64,000 nucleotides of DNA from Daphnia carinata (GCF_022539665.2 NC_081331.1:62001-126000); one strand, 5' to 3'; shown: positions 14,124 to 29,600, numbered from the stretch's first letter. Notes: generated from the letters alone by a model not told the origin. A program made the numbers and translations.

Positions 14124-14252
14124 GACGGTCATCTCATCCAGTCGGATCAACATTGGCTGTCAACTGGCCATCGAGTCCAGTCCTCAACTTCCTTCAGTGC
14201 TCCCCTTCTATTTCTCCAGTTTGTTCTTGAACATTTCGGACATTTTTCGAAG

Positions 14253-15386
14253 ATGACGTGCATCCCGTGCAACACACAAAGTGAGAAGATCTTCCGGCCG
14301 TGGGATTCCGATTGCGGGGCCCGCAACAAAACGCCGCCCGTCCTCTTGAAGGAGGAACAACACGACCGGCTCTTGGTTGTCAGCTCTCCGGAGTCATCGC
14401 CTTTACCTTCCGGTGCATCGTCTTCATCCGGATCTTCGTCATGCGATGAATCGGAAGCCACGTCCAGCTTCCATCGGATGGATTTCTCATCGCCATCGGC
14501 TCACTCGGCTCTCCAGCAGGCCTATTCGGCCCACATGATGTCATTGGGCCAACATCATTTGCCATCGTCGCCTTACCTTTCGGCCCTCCCCGGATGGATT
14601 CCGACCGATTCGTTCCATCATTTGCACGGACAACAGCCACATCATCATTTACTCGGGCACGGCTTGCAGCCGGAAGCTGCTCCGTCCATGGAGCGATTCC
14701 TGGCATCGTTGGAAGCCTCTCCCGAAGCATTACATCCGAGCCGTTTGGCCGCCTTGGGTATGGGCCCCAATGAGATCGGAGAGCTGTACCAATTGGCCGG
14801 ATTCAAGCCTTTGATTCAACACCACTATCCGTCGGCTGTCGGTGCCAACATGGTGTCCTCTTCTCATCACAATCCGTCGGGCAAGAAGCAGCGGCCCAAG
14901 CGGTTCCGATGCCCGCACTGCCAAGTCGCCTTCAGCAACAACGGACAACTCAAAGGACACGTTCGCAGTCACACAGGTAATAATTCATAGCTCTTATTCA
15001 TAAACCTCATTTCGATTGATATTAACGTTTCATTTCTTTTTTGAAAAAAAGGTGAAAGACCATTCAAATGCGACGAAGAATCCTGCGGAAAGACGTTCAC
15101 TCGCAACGAAGAATTGACCCGACACAAGAGGATCCACACCGGATTGAGGCCTTTCTCTTGCGCCGTCTGCTCCAAACGTTTCGGCCGTCGGGATCACCTG
15201 AAAAAGCACAGCCGCATCCACCAACGGCCGGCCCATTCGGCCGCGCAGCACGGCCTCAACACGAGCAGTTGCAGTCAGGATCATTCGCCACATCATCCGT
15301 ACCATTACGGAGGACTTCAACAGCCTTCATCGGCCGGATCTCTTCCATCATCGGGCAGTAGCCATTCGACCTTTTGCTTCCAGTGA
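14253..15386 (+). CDS. hkb: Huckebein C2H2 zinc-finger transcription factor (exons 14253-14976, 15052-15386)
   Basis: N-terminal FRPW Groucho-recruiting motif. Fingers [81 protein letters not shown] closely match Drosophila Hkb as I recall it. Phase-1 GT-AG intron at 14977-15051. Confidence 0.92.
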
Positions 15387-18300
15387 TCGTTTTATTATTT
15401 GTGTCTTCACTCCTTCCTCGTTGACTCATTTGACGATGTTAATATTATACCTCAACAAACATATTTGTTTATAAATTATCGTGTACATTGAGATTGTATG
15501 GATGTTTCAAAATGATTTTTGCTCAAGGAAATGCATCAAATAACAAACCAAATCGAATCGACTTACGTTTCATTTATGGACTGTAGAGTCTACGTAAACC
15601 GGTTGGGGCATGAAGAAACTCTGCGACGACAATTGGCAAATAACAAAGTGAACCACCCGCTGCTCTGTGAACGGATGGGTCTACAAAAAAGACGTTGATG
15701 ACACACATAAGCGAGATTGAAAAAGGGCCGAGGTAAAAATGTTGGACGTTTTATGTAGGCGGAAGACGAAGGCCATTACGGCCCCCGATGACACGACATC
15801 GGCCGTCAAGCTTGGACAGACACTTACGGACGTGGAAGTGGATCGTAAAGATCACAATGGCACAATGCACCGACAAAACAGCAGGTGATCTCACACCCAC
15901 TCTGACTTTTGTACACATACGCATCGATATCGTACAGAGTATTAAGCAAAGTGTGACCTAAATGTGTCTGTAGGCTTTTTAGTTTGTATGTTGTAGGTTT
16001 TATTTTAAATGAAAAGAACCAGCTTACGTGAGTTGTTCATGTTTAAAGTATAAGCATTCAGCAGGTAGATGTCACGGATGAAGTTGGATTACAAATGCTG
16101 GTGACGTCGGTTCTAATTGAAACATGTAGGCCTATACGTGAATCAAATGGATCGGTGTACGCCTAGTGCATTTGCAATGACGTAACGATTACATAGTTGC
16201 CATTTCGTGTGTCTATAGCTAAAGTCTAGTGTTGGAATGTACATCTATATTTTGAAAGTGCTGTTTGCATTTGCTTTTAAAAGGAGGCAGGTGAACTAGC
16301 CCCTCAAATGCAGAAAAATCAAAGAGGCTGACAATCTCTGCCACTCGAGCCTTGAATGGCAATTGAACGTACAGCCAACAGGAGCAACCCATGCCAGACA
16401 AGAGGCTCTCCATTATATAAAAAGACGGGACAAAGTGAAAAGAAGAGAGTCAAAAATGAAAATATATATCGAGCCCGTCGTAGAATAGATTCCGGTATCA
16501 ATAGAAGGGTCCCCCTTCGTTGGTTGTACATCTCGCCATCGCTCATCGTCCATGCCAAAGTGATACTCCTTGTTTGTCCTATGGACGTTTGTTAGTGGTG
16601 CCCCTGCCATATAAGGCAATGGTAGCCAGGTCTAATTAAAAGGTGCGACACCCTTGAAGAGCCTCTTCTGAGGCCTCCCTTTTTTTGCAAAAAATAAGAA
16701 AATGCAAAAGAATAAAAAGACGGTGGGGGGAGGCAAATAAGAGAAGATGGAAGAAAGCGAGAAGGATAAATGTCTTTTCAATCTGACAGGACGAGAGCCT
16801 CCCGCTGTGAGCGAGAGGGCGTACCTGAGGGACAATTCTTCCTCCTCTTCTTTTTCATGGCTTTACCTTTTTTTCCCTAATTCTTTTCTTTTGCAGTGTA
16901 CATTTTCATTCAACCTGCCAATGTTAAAGTCTAGTGTCCAGCAAACAAGCATCTACCTTTATAAAACTATTTGAAGGTAAAAAAATGGAGAAGCCAACTG
17001 GCCAAATAGATTCTGAACATTTCGGCCTCACTGTTGTATTCTTCTATTCCATCTCTACAACAACTAAATACTTAGATATATAGGCCCAAGGATATGTACA
17101 CAAGATGGCTCATTCGATTGACTCTGGCCATTTTAGCTTTTGCATAGGCGTGTTGCAAGCGCAGGCATGTCGATGTAAAGCTCAATTTCTACAACTATAA
17201 TATTAGAAGAAGAACTAGCTTATATAGGTAAAACAAGAAAAGGTAGAAGGCGGCACGTCCAGACAGAGCGAATCAACTGGGGAATGAAAACAATCGCAAA
17301 TCTACCTCGACCGCCTCCCCGGAGGAATCGACTTTGCTATTGAACAAGAAAAGCGCAAATCCGGACTGACTAGACGACATCTAATTAAACGACTATATAT
17401 AGTGTCTGCATGCCTTTTCTTTTCCCCTGATCCAACGTGGTCGATGGGAGAAAGCAATTGGTTCTTCTTTGTTTTGGTGCTGTCGCCAAACATCTTCCCC
17501 TCGCATTTCTCTTCACGCCTTTGATGAAACGATGGAAAACCGCGAGAGAACAAGACTTTTCTCCCTCTCCTATTTATTACATGGACGGGGAATAAGTAAA
17601 ACAACGCAAGTATAAACAGAAGAGTCTCCATGCCCAACACGACGTACGTGCAATCCCGAATTTCAGGGCGACAGAAGCATCGAAAATGCTAAAGAAAAAG
17701 ATGGGTCGTCGTGCGTTTTTGTATATATTATACATACGCTTCACATGGACTTAACATTTCGGCCACACTGATGAGCTGAAGAGATTTGAAGATAAGAAAC
17801 TAAAAAAAATGAAAAGATGCGAGTCAAAAGACAAGATGATCCGGCCCCCCAGCATCGGCTCATTTAGTCGGCACTCTTTTAATTTAAAAAAGAAGAAAAA
17901 AATAAAAACTGTTGCTGTTGTGCTGTCCTTATCTGCAAAGCACCGAAAAAATCTGAATACGAGTTTATCTTTTCGCCCATATAATGCGTGATGCAGCGTG
18001 TAAAAGCGGGCCGTCTATTTCATCGCATTCGATACGCCGCATTTTCATCATGTGGCCGGTGCAAAGAGGCGACACTTATCTTTTTTCCTCAACTTGTCTT
18101 TTTATAAGCCTCACTTTTTTTTTCTTATCCAAAATGTTCCATCTCTCTCATTCCGTTGCCGGCCAATACAATGCGGCGCTGTCCAACAGCGCAGATTTAG
18201 GCGCTGTGCCCATGTAGCGCGCACCCAAACATCTTGGCTGCTGCCTCGTTCTATCTCAAAAGGAGAGAGAGGATGGCTAATTATGTATTCAAGCGAGAGG

Positions 18301-21300
18301 AAGAGCCACACGGGTGATATCCAATTAAAAACGCCGGCTAGTAGGAAAAATAAATGGCCAGAGACCGCACAACTAGCGACGCCAATTCAAACAACATCAC
18401 ATGAAAAGAACGAAGGTGGGCGCAATATTCTTTCAAAATTATATATACGTGCGACATCTTATTTGAATTGGCGCTCTATCGTGTATATGCCTTGTCTAGT
18501 CAGCGCCCTCCCCTGCGCAATGCGTTCGATGACTCCCGGTGTTTCGAAAAAAAACTTTTGAAAATTTTCATTTGATCTTGTCCGACCCTCATAAACGGTC
18601 ACTTCATGTTGCCTCTTCTATTTTACGTATAAATAGTTTTTTTATTTGAATAGCAGCAGCGCATCAGTCTATTATCAGTCTCGTGAATAGACTGAAACGT
18701 CTGGGAGGTGTTGCATCCCCTTTCGTTTCGGTCGGTCCGAAAAAAAGGGAGAAGATGACACCAGTAGAAAAAATATTATTTTGTAGAAATGCAGCAGGTA
18801 TAAAAACGGTGGTGGATTGAAGAGAAGGGCGGCATTGTGTGAGACTATTTCGTTTTTCTCCACGCTTGTCAACTTGCGATGACAAAAAATGGGAATTACG
18901 AGCGAAAGGCCCAATGCGAAAGTTTGTTCATTAGACGATGCACTTGTCCCACCTTGCCCTCGGCATGCATTAAAAACGAATATTACAAACAGAATTGAGC
19001 GATGAAAAACGATCGTGTCTCAGCATTTCATCAATTCTGACTTTTGCAAGTTTCGTGTGACAGTGGAATGTTTTCGTTTGAATACTCGTTGGCCTGGACA
19101 GCAACGGCCATCTTGTCCAATTCCGAGAAAATAGAAGGGGCTGGGTCCGAATGTCGGAGCAAATGAGACCAAACAAAGAAAGAGAGAGAGGCCGAATGGA
19201 TTGCTTTTGTTTCAAAACGTTTTGTTATCCCTACCTGTCTTTTTTTTACTCGCACCCATATACGCCCTCGGATTTTGATGTTCAGGTGAAATTCTTGGCG
19301 TATCCAAAATAGCTCAACTTGTTTTAAAGTCAAATGCCATTTGAGATAATGTTTTTTTTCGCTCGAGTTCGTTCCCTTTGATACTAAATTTTAATACTTA
19401 AATTTATAGACTTACGTTCGTACACCTGTCCTTCAGAATAATATTTTAGTCGGCTCCCTTGTACAACAATGTTTGTGTAGATGGTTTGAGTCGGCGATTT
19501 ATGTTCAACTTCGTAAGCGGATTACATTTGTTGTGTTTGTTTAGATTCGAACCCACGTTCAGCTGCGAGAACATGTTGACTCTGCCGAGTTAGTCCTACA
19601 CCATAGGCAAAAGTGACTTGTTTATGCAGTGCCAGTAGATTCAGTTGAACTGAGCTGCTTGTTTTGTGTGATTCGGAATGGTATATAAAAAGAGGGGGGC
19701 CACTTGTAGTGGACAACAAAGATTACAGAAGCCTTTCTTTATCGATGTATTTATGGTCTATTTTTCTGAATTGTTTGCTTTTTTTCAGCTTGTTGATGTA
19801 CCTAGTTGCGTCTCCGTGTCTATGTATAAATACACTGTTTAGAGTGTGAATCGAAAACGAAGAAATGATGGCCAAGAATCAACATGAAAAGAAAGAGGCA
19901 ATGGGGATAGTTTTTTTCATAAGAAATGGTGCCGGCTCTACCGAGTCAAAAATAAAAAACGACCATCTGTTGAGTATCATCAGCAGGTTCTTCATTTCTC
20001 ATCGCCGCTGTCTATTTCAGTTTTCTATGGAATCTAAATCAACGGCCGAAAGTACTAAAGGCAAACATCCAAAAAAAGTGAAATAGAAAGAAACAGCGTT
20101 TATGAATATCAAAATGTTATTTATACTGGAGAATCACAGAGTCGACTGCAAACGGCGCGGCCGGCAGCTCCACCCAATGCGTATTATAAACCACGAAGAT
20201 GTTGTGTCCCTTTTGTATGTATCCTGGCGCCGTTTTAATTCTTTTTATTGTTTATTATTGATTTTTTGTTAACCAGCTAAAGGTCAACTGTCTGCCACCG
20301 GATTTGAACCGTCTCAGACAGCCTTCTAACTCATTAAGCACAAAAGAGTCAAACCGCTCGCGACGTTCGACCTGACCTTTTTTACTTTCATCATTTCCCC
20401 ACCGACTTCGATGGGCCTTTTATTCAAGTCGATCAGAAGCTTTATATTGTCCATTTTGTGCTGGACGTATTGTTTGTCGATGGGCCTGTACTTCCCCCCG
20501 ATGGATCTAAAAGTCATTTGGGATATGTAAGGTGATCACTGCATTATAAAGCGAGGATATAAAGAATTGGGTGGTGTAAACATTGGGGATTACTTCAGAC
20601 AATAGGTGTCTAGACACGTAGAGGCATGTATTTTTTTTAAACAAGAAAAGCTACGTGCAAAAACGGAGGGAAATGCATCGTCACGTTGTATTCCGATCGT
20701 CTCGTTGATGAACGTTTTCAGCTCGTAACAGGTAAGAAGCAATTGCACAGGCTATCGTGATGTACCTACAAATAAGAAGTACTGTCTCTCTCTTTCTCTA
20801 ACAATAGGATTAGATGGAGGATCTATTTCTGATTTGTCTAGACTGATCAATTGACCTGCGAGTTGTAGGGAAACAAAAGAACATCCATCCCAGGAGATGG
20901 TCTTCCATTGGCCAGCACTTGTCCTCCACGCAAGTGCAAACTGTGCCGATGTGCTTTGATTTTGCTTTACAGCCTATTCTACTTCATCACAGTGCCATAG
21001 ATGCACGCCATATTTCATTAACTCGGAGGTATTTCGGAATGTTGGGCTGATTGTTGTTTGTGGCTTTGTACATACACTTTGTATTGGGCCTTGGCAGATA
21101 ACGGTAGCACTATATAGCCCCGCTTTTTGTGAGCCCCTTTCTTCCGGATGAGAGAAGAAGATTCGATGTGGATCATTTGCTTTTTCTCATTAAACGGCAC
21201 GCGGCTTCTTCTGCTCAGGTCATAAACTTATCGAGTACACATGCCTTGCTGCTGCCGAGTACTCCAGGTATATGGCCCCGGTTGGGCCAATATCGTCAAA

Positions 21301-22166
21301 GGTACGAGCCTTCAAAGGGGTTTGCAGGAGGTGCTGCTGGTGGTTGTACGACAAACGACTTGGCACACCTATTTTTCGAGCCAAATAGAACCTCGGTAGC
21401 AACTCGAATAAGGAAGGGACCTTGTTTGGCCTCTCGCTCCATCATAAAACCATAAAAAAAAGGGGAACATTTAGAAAATCGAAATGCAAAAGGCAAAGGA
21501 AGAATAATAATAATAAAAAAAAGGGACGAAAAAGAGAACGGCTGTGCTTCATCATCATACTCCATCGACCTGGCACCATATACCTCTATCAGCCCGTATC
21601 AATAATAATCATAAAAGAACACCGATATATACAGAGCTTCTATTGTATCTAAACCCTTTTCCCCTCATCAATGGCATCGTCACTATTGACAACGGCAATA
21701 CACGAAAAGGTCAGAAAAAAATACGACAACAATGCTAATATGTTATTGTAACAAGCAGTAGCTCAAATAAACTAGTCGAAGCTATTTTTTTTCCCCCCTT
21801 TTTTTGTGTCAGTAGACGAGTCACTTCCAGTAGCTTGAACGTGGACACAAGAGCCGGCACTATCCTCCATGATGGGATTACACACATCCGCGCCCACATT
21901 TTGGGGTCGGTGCGTCCCGCTACTGAATGTGCAAAAACATCATCCATGCATTATCAATTCATTCACAGAAATGACAGGGACAAATGATTAGTTTTTTTCT
22001 TCTTTACTTTTTCCCACTCGGTGTTGTATTTTTCTTCTTCACTATACGCTTTTAGTAACGCATGAAAAATAACAAAAAGGTAAACAGGGGTTGAATACAA
22101 GGGGAGGTTAAGAAAAGAGGTTCAATTCGGACGGCGATCATTTCTTCATTCCGTTTCTTCCACTCA

Positions 22167-24786
22167 TCAGCCGAGCAACGTATCACTTTTGGAGAGATAG
22201 CGCTCGACATTGAAACGCCGCTCGCCAACAGTCTCCTCGTCACCTATTTCAAACATGGGCGCAGATATAAGTAACCAAACCACCAAAATAAAGCAAAGAA
22301 ATTCATGGCTGAGATGATGGCAATAAGACTTGTTTCACCGTCTCTATTTATCATCTAGATCATGATCCTATGTACCTGCCGATGAAGCGTCGAGAAGGTT
22401 GCTGGCCGTCAGTTGACAAGCCAATTTGACCGGATGGCAATCAGCCGTTGAAGCGAATTCCACCCGCCATTTCTCCACCGATGAGCCGCTCCTGCACAAA
22501 CAAAACAATTGGATTTACAACCAAATTCAAAGCTGAATGGTAAACCCTTTTTTTTTTAAAGCCGCTTGTTTCTAAGACAAGCATATACTGTCGTGATCTT
22601 ATCTCGTTTTTTCTTCTTCTTCTTTAAATAAATCTTGTTATTATTCTTACTCTTGACGCTGGAAAAAGCCTTTTAGCAGACAAACGCCCAGCTGAAAAGA
22701 GAATTCTCGTCCGAGGTTATCAGGATCGCGAAAGTGTTCCAGTAGAGGAGTGACGACATCGCGAAGAGCCAAGTGAGGTAGCTGGAGTACCCTGTGGCAC
22801 AAAGCAACAACCTCAACAGCCGATTGGATTGAGATTAGGCAGTTCAGTTGATCGATGAAAGAGGTGCCATCTTGTGGTAAAAACATGGAGATGACGCGCT
22901 CGGCTACCAGATTATTGCCTGTATGCAATTGTCGATAAATTTTTTGTTGATAACAGCGTTTTTAATCAAGGCCAGCTTACCACTAAAGATGTAGAGGTAA
23001 TCGCGTTTCAACTTCTCGATGCCCATTTCGATGAGGAGAGAAACAGGTTCCATACCGTTCAACTGAGGAGGTGCATCGTTCTGACGCAACATTTTCCCAA
23101 ATTTCGTAGGATTGTCGAAAAATACCTGGTAAAATTCAAGTTAATATGATGATAAACGATATTTTTTAGTAATTACAAAACAATACCATTGGATGATCCG
23201 TTTTCGCGCGCTGTAATGTGTACTGCAAACTTTGGCACAAGTCGTTGAAACTGCTGCAGTTCTCTACAATGAGGTTTCAAGAACAATCAACAAAAACAAC
23301 TGATAGACCTAAGTTTTTGATCTTACGTGATAGTAATTCCCACAAGTGATCTATGAAATCCATCGGTGTCCGCTTGTAAATCAGCTGTTCGTCGTAAAGT
23401 TCCTCGAATTCAATTTTTTCTATGAAATAATATTGCTTTTAGTTTGAACTACAAAAACATCGGACTGAACGTATTCACAGGGATTCATTGGTCGTCCCAA
23501 GGCACCGAGACTCAAGCAATTACCTTTCAATTGGTAGGTATCGTCTTTGCAAAATGCTGCAATTAATTTATCTATTTCTTCTCTTAATGTTTTCTGTGAT
23601 GCTTTGACAAACCAAACGATCTCGAGCGACTCCAATCCCTTGATCAAGTGCTGAAGGGTGTTCAATTGCCGCCAGATCTCATAGGCTCCGCTGCAGGTTT
23701 CGCCAGGTAATGGGCGGATGATCTGAATTGAGGTGGAAACAATTCATTACGTGAGCTAGAACATGTACCAATCAAACTGGTAAAACATTATTTGTTGATA
23801 ATATATAATGCTAGGAATTTTAAAATCTATTCCTTCATCTTACGACTTTAGCTTGCGAAGCTATGTGGGGGAGTTCAAGAACTTTTGTAGGATTCTTCCA
23901 AGAACACTCCAGTCTGACAAATGCCTCATTCGTATCTGTATCGGCATTGACATCAACTCCTCGATAGGCTTCGTACGTAGCAATCGCTCGCGTTGAAAAC
24001 TGTCATAAGCGATAAATGATGTTGATATTAATTCGTTTCAGATAAGAAATTTCTTCACCTCTCCAACATTTGTGAAGAAGGCCATTTCAGATTTCAAATG
24101 ATCCAACTGGATGGTAGGATTGGTTGCTGTGATGGGACCAGCTACTGTTATCTTGTAACGAATGAGCTCATTATTCCTTCCCCTCTCAATGCCCAAGACT
24201 GATGTTCTTTCCCCATCTTCAGCATCCGCCAAGCAGAAGACTGGCAAAGCAGATTGGAGAGAGAGATCTAAAATGAAATTAGATAGTATCCCTCTATGGA
24301 AAAAAAAGGGTAGGTAAAAACATAGGGAAAAACAAGAACTGTTAACATCAAGCTCTTAAATACCGGGCTTCAAAAGATGAAAATGGTTTGTAAATACAAG
24401 TTTTCAGCTCTGAATGATGGGAGGATTCCATTGATTCTTTCGAGTAGAAATCTTCGTCTTGTATTTTCAACATATCCAAATCAAATGGACATTCCAAAGG
24501 GGTTCCCACCATATCAACTTCTTGTTGCAACTGTAGAGGTTTGGTTTGTGTTTCTGGTTCTACTTTAGGACTGTTTAGTGAGGCAACATCTTTTTGTGTA
24601 GAGACCTATTTTTAATAGAAATATCGTTATGCTTAGCGTTCCTAATGAGAGAAAACCTTACGATTATACTTCTTTTGTCTTGTAAACAAAAAGGCATTCC
24701 TTCTTTCTTATTACTGAAAGGAAATCACTATGAATAGGAAGTTGTTGCAGTATCGTAGATTGGAATACAGGAGCAGGTAATTTCAT
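22167..24786 (-). CDS. zwilch: Zwilch kinetochore protein (RZZ complex), multi-exon; terminal exons approximate
   Basis: Exon translations include DFIDHLW, PVSLLIEMGIEKLKRDY and EKWRVE, matching Zwilch motifs (DFAEQLW, PVQMLLEIGLDKLKKDY, QKWRVE). Short GT-AG introns. Probable ATG at 24786 and last exon GDEETVGERRFNVERYLSKSDTLLG*. Confidence 0.8.
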
Positions 24787-26610
24787 TTTACGACAATTAG
24801 CGTTTTTCGCGATATATGATTAAAATGTAATACAGAGACAATTTTGAATTTGAAATACGACGAATATTTCCAAGCACTTGCATAACGCACGAAACAATAA
24901 CACATTTGAAGTTTCGTTTGTCAACGAGTAATTTCTGGCGGGTAATCTTAGAACTACAAAGACAGATTGGTAGTATGTATTTTGTACATCGGGTTCTGCA
25001 ACTTGGTCGAACTGGCTGAAAAACTGAAAGATTTTGCCATTTAATCAGTGTAAAAATCTCGTACAATTCTCAAAGTGCAATTAATGATGTTATCATGAAA
25101 ACAAATTGGTAATTACGTTAGACTATCTTTTTGAAGGAACGAAGTTGTACAACCCAGTTAAATTTTCAAAAAATATCTTAAACTTCAGTGTTGCCATTTA
25201 AACTAAGCCAGTCTATCCTGTAAAATACAGAAAAAAAAAAGGCTGAAGAAGAAAAAACAGTTAACAAATAGACCCAAAGATAAAGGAAGATGTTATCAGC
25301 AGAAATTAAGATGCAGATTTTTTTTTTCATCTTCTGTTCAGTCTTAGAATGGACCCGGGGTTTGCTGTTTACGTAGCGTGGACGCCTAGAATATCTTCTA
25401 GGTTGAAATTTGAAACTCTTAAAAGCATTGAATGTCTAGAGCTATTCCCCATTGGTGAATTCATTCCACTTATTGACTAAAAATTAATTTGGTGATTTGC
25501 GAACTTAGGTGCCTGGCCAAAGATGTACAACTGTCAGTCTCAATCGACAGTATGTTACCTTTACGTAGCAGAACAGTTTTCATTTGGCTTTTTATCGCCT
25601 GCCACTCGTAATGCAACCTCATCGTTTAAGACATTACACAACAACAGTACCCAGCACCTATCAGTTAGTGGTTCGTTCTATCCGACATTGTGCTATGTAT
25701 AGGTCCCCCCATAATCGGTATTTCGGCCATGTACGGCTTTGATCCAGCGGAGCGAAGACAACTGAAGTACTGGACCATTATTTAATTCCATGGAGTGCCT
25801 TCTTTTATTCCTAGATGTCACCTTAAATGTAAATATATTTTAATTAATCACTTACATTCTTTTAAAACATGCATCATCATAAGATAAGTTTGTGTCGTTC
25901 AAAAGACATTCGACGTGTTTTGATTTTGGGCATTCCACATAAAGTATAAAACTATGGAATCGCACTGATTGCATCGGTTAAGAGATGTCGCTTTGAAAGC
26001 CCAACAAAAAGAACCCAAAACTAGCTTCAGGGCTCGTAATATACAGGAAGGAGAGCCGACGTTGAAATTGGCAGTGGAAGCCCCCAGAATCGTCCTTTCT
26101 CTCGAGTTGAACAGGTCACAGTCGATACGACTAAACGCAATTTGTTGCAGTAATTTTTTCGTGATTATCTATAACAATGATTTGTGTACACCAGAACTGT
26201 TGACTGTTTATGTATTTGTGATTTGTTCTCTTGGTAACACTTACATCTGTTATTTTCGTTTTCTTTTGTATTAGCTGTTTAATTTCAAACTTAGAACTCA
26301 TAAATATAAGTTATCAATTAAAAATTAAAAATAATAGCTTAATGTTAGTACGTGTTTATTTATTGAATGGAATAAGGTGGGATTTCTAAATAAAGAACGA
26401 AATACAAATTGGAATGTGACACATTTCCTGGTCTTTATTTGGCAACACCGTTCACTGTACCTCTCAGCTTGGACACGACTGGCGGCAAAAGAACGAACTA
26501 TTTCTTTTCTTTGGGAATAAGGCGGCCATTACCGCCATGACGGTTGTGTCGTCGCCATTGCTTTGGTGTTAAAAAACCCGAATTGGTTTCATTATTTATC
26601 CGGCCGTATC

Positions 26611-29600
26611 ATGGAGCAGGAGGGCCATCCGACCCACCCGCCTTACGATCGGCCTTCTTCAGAATCCTCTGATGGGTACAATTATAATTTTTGTATCTTA
26701 CGAGTAGCAATAAACGTGAATTTCACTTGATGGTGGATTTCGTTATACTATCCCGCCCCAGCACACAAGAGACCCCAAGCTTTCGCGTAGTATGCGTCGT
26801 CCAAGCCAACCGTTGTTTGGGGGCTAGTTTACCCATACGATTTGGTATTCTTCATTAAGAGTGCTATTGCAGTTGTGATTATTAGGAAAAAGTCGTTAGT
26901 TTCTTCTTGGTGTGAAAGAGCATTATTTTAATCTTAAAGAAATCTAGTGTTTCATCATCCTCCTACTGTGTGTATGTGACTGTGTATGTGATTAGTGACC
27001 CAAGCTTCAGGTTCAAAAACTTCCCCAAGCCTCCTCAACTGTCAATGTTGATGGAATTTAGTTTCTCTGGCAGGCTGTGTTCATGTGAATAATGTGAAAT
27101 GAGTGATAGTGATTAAGTTGTGTAAATTTTCTTAACCCTGGAACTATTACCTTTTCCAGATTTGCCATGTCCTATCGGAGTGAAGGGGAATCGACTAAGG
27201 AAAATGACAAAATGGTAAGATTTTTCATATTTGTCCATTTTTACTCTGCAACAAAGTAATAAAATACTCTATTTTTTAGATGTCTACACCTACTTCAAGG
27301 CCTGAGCCACCTCCAAGAGAGGAACCAATCCTTGAACCCATAAATGGGATTGTACAGCCTCCTGTTGTCCCTCCACCTAATCGTCCTGGAAGATGCACCA
27401 ATCAGCTCCAGTACATCCAGAAGTTTGTCATGAAAGCTGTGTGGAAACACTCGTTTGCTTGGCCCTTTCACCAACCTGTTGATGCCAAGAAACTTGGCTT
27501 ACCTGTAAGTCAACAAACCTGTTTTCCTTTTTTCTTTGCTTGCTCGTGCTCACTAGGCTTAAAATGAACTACTTCTTAGGACTATTTCAAAATCATAAAA
27601 TACCCAATGGACTTGGGGACAGTGAAAAAACGACTGGAAAATAACTATTACTGGAGTGCCAAAGAGTGCATTCAAGATTTTAACACAATGTTCACCAACT
27701 GTTATGTGTATAATAAGCCTGGGGAAGATGTGGTTTTGATGGCTCAAACCCTGGAAAAGCTTTTCCTGACCAAGGTAGCTCAGATGCCCAAGGATGAGAT
27801 TGAAATTGAATCAACACCAGGCAAAAGTAGTAAATTAAAAAAGGCACCTATTAGAGGAAGACCACCTGGCTCCACCAAAATCATTTTGCCAGGAGTAAAC
27901 CAGATAGCTGCAGGTAAGGATTCTGCTTTTGTACTCTACTTAAAGTAGTGATGTGAATGTTGCATTATTCAACTAGGTATAACTATGAACAATACCATGG
28001 CTGGTGGGCCTTCATTGATTGGGCCCCCATCTTTACCAGTTCCTTCCTCGGCCCCATCAGTCGGAGGGTCGTACTTTCCTGGTCCTGAAATGCCTTTGCC
28101 TCCAATCGCGACGACATTGAGCAACAATAGTAGCAGCAGCTCAACAACGTCCACTGTCCCATCAATGCCATCACATCCACCTCCTATGCGCAGTTTACCC
28201 GCCCCAACGCTACCACCTGTACAGACCCCCTTACCTACTCCAAATCCGACTCCGGCGATGCCCGTCCGAGGTCCGGTTAACCCAGTCCATCCGCCGTCTG
28301 CGCATCCCAGCGCGCCTTTGGGCGCTGGAGTGTTCCCTTCCAATCAGGGACCATCAGCCCCAGGTTTGGTTGACAGCGGACAGTTGAGCATGCACGATTC
28401 CTCATTACATGGAGCTGGTGTGCTGGGCAATCATAATCCAAGCAAAGTAAAGAAAGGTGTGAAGCGAAAGGCAGATACGACAACTCCCACGTCTAATACG
28501 CCCTACGATTCACCCGGTGGTATGGTGTTGCATAGCGCTGGCAAAGTTGCCAAGATCTCTTCGCGGCGCGAGTCTGGACGACAAATCAAGAAAGTGGTCA
28601 AAGACTTGCCCGACACGTTGCCGCAACACAGCTCGAAGCCGCGAGACAAACTGCGTGAATCAACAAAAGCCTGCAACGAGATTCTGAAAGAACTATTTTC
28701 AAAGAAACATTCTGGCTATGCATGGCCTTTCTACAAACCAGTTGATGCTGGATTGCTTGGGCTTCACGATTATCATGACATTATCAAGAAACCAATGGAT
28801 TTAGGAACGGTCAAGGCCAAAATGGACGGAAGGGAATACCGATCAGCGGCCGAATTCGCCAGTGATGTCCGAATGATTTTCACCAATTGTTATAAATACA
28901 ACCCGCCAGACCACGACGTTGTAGCTATGGCTAGAAAGCTCCAAGATGTTTTCGAGATGCGCTACGCCAAGATTCCCGATGATGGACCTGATGTGGAAGG
29001 AGAGTCCATTGGAGGTGATGACAAGTCATCAGGATCTGATTTAGAATCGGGCTCGGAGTCTGACTCAGACGGATCCGACAGCGATGACAGCGCACACGAT
29101 GAAAGAGATCGCAAGCTTATGCAATTCCAAGAGCAGCTCCGAATCATGCAAGAACAGTTGCGATCATTAATGGAGGACAGTGCCAGACGACGAAGAAAGA
29201 GGGAAAAGACCAAGAAGGATCTCAAACGAGATGTCAAGGACAAAGCGGGACCGCCGACAGCCTCTATGGCTGAAAGCAACACCATGGCAACACCAATGTC
29301 CGGACCGCCGACTTCCATGGCATCACAGGTTCCCATGGCGCCGATGAATGACATGAAATCCCTGCCACCCATGCCCATGCCAGGTATGCCTGGTATTGTC
29401 GACTCAAAGTTGGTATCAACAGGGAAACAAATGAAACCGTCCAAGGTAATTTCAACATTCATGGCTTTGTCATCATTAATTCATTTTCACGTTCGTTTAC
29501 AGGTGAGTGCTAATGCCGGTAGTCAACCCAAGAAACCGAGGTCTTCAACGTCCAAGTCGGCTGCTTCGGCACCGCCTGGTAAGAAAAAACCTGTTCCACC

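Noticed and set aside
13983..14252. 90-aa N-terminal extension of the hkb ORF
   Set aside because: It spans the TATA box and looks like translated promoter/UTR. The ATG at 14253 places FRPW near the N-terminus.
19541..19610. tRNA-like A/B boxes on the minus strand (TGGTGTAG...GGTTCGAATC)
   Set aside because: No acceptor stem or cloverleaf can be formed. At most a SINE or tRNA relic.
20295..20315. Lone B-box-like GGTTCAAATCC (minus strand)
   Set aside because: No accompanying tRNA structure.
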